From NCBI GenBank assembly GCA_951406725.2, contig OX597823.1:115568001-115632000 (forward strand): a stretch of 64,000 nucleotides of DNA. Reading direction: 5' to 3'. The notes beneath the pieces were generated by a model. The model did no database searches. It was not told the origin of the DNA and worked only from the letters and a program-made list of their open reading frames with translations. Below are positions 63,925-64,000 of this stretch, in pieces (position 1 is the first letter of the stretch; every line of letters begins with the position of its first letter). Made by a program: the position numbers and the translations under genes. The stretch is from Octopus vulgaris (Eukaryota).

Positions 63925-64000
63925 ATTATTTACATTCGACAGATATTTGATCTCATCTTGTTTGTTGTTAACACAACATTTCAGCTGATCTACCCTCCAG
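63925..64000 (-). mobile_element. Third arm of the tRNA-headed HHR element (3' end; continues beyond the window)
   Basis: Near-identical to 5515-5585. Confidence 0.88.

Overview
Eukaryotic, AT-rich and dense in repeats and microsatellites. I found no host protein-coding exon I can support, so the window is probably a large intron or intergenic DNA. The repeat mix resembles an octopus/cephalopod genome (inference). Contents: four tRNA-derived SINE families (my labels B, C, D, E), many with clear target-site duplications (TSDs). Non-LTR retrotransposon remnants of the RTE, Tx1/L1, CR1/Jockey-like and R4/Dong groups. At least three Penelope-like element (PLE) remnants, mariner fragments, two non-autonomous Helitrons, piggyBac-type MITEs, and a GG..CC MITE family with 8-bp TSDs and internal TTAGGG repeats. 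The most notable signals are hammerhead ribozyme (HHR) motifs: one with an intact core at 21991-22082, and a tRNA-headed, HHR-bearing element inserted as a head-to-head palindrome inside one TSD (5510-6038). Also notable: a SINE tail homologous to the 3' UTR of the local Tx1/L1 LINE, a (TAA)n-targeting Dong element with a probable non-autonomous partner, and a pre-miRNA-like hairpin. Nearly all ORFs in the supplied track are microsatellite or SINE artefacts. All alignments and folds were done by eye, so boundaries without a TSD are approximate.
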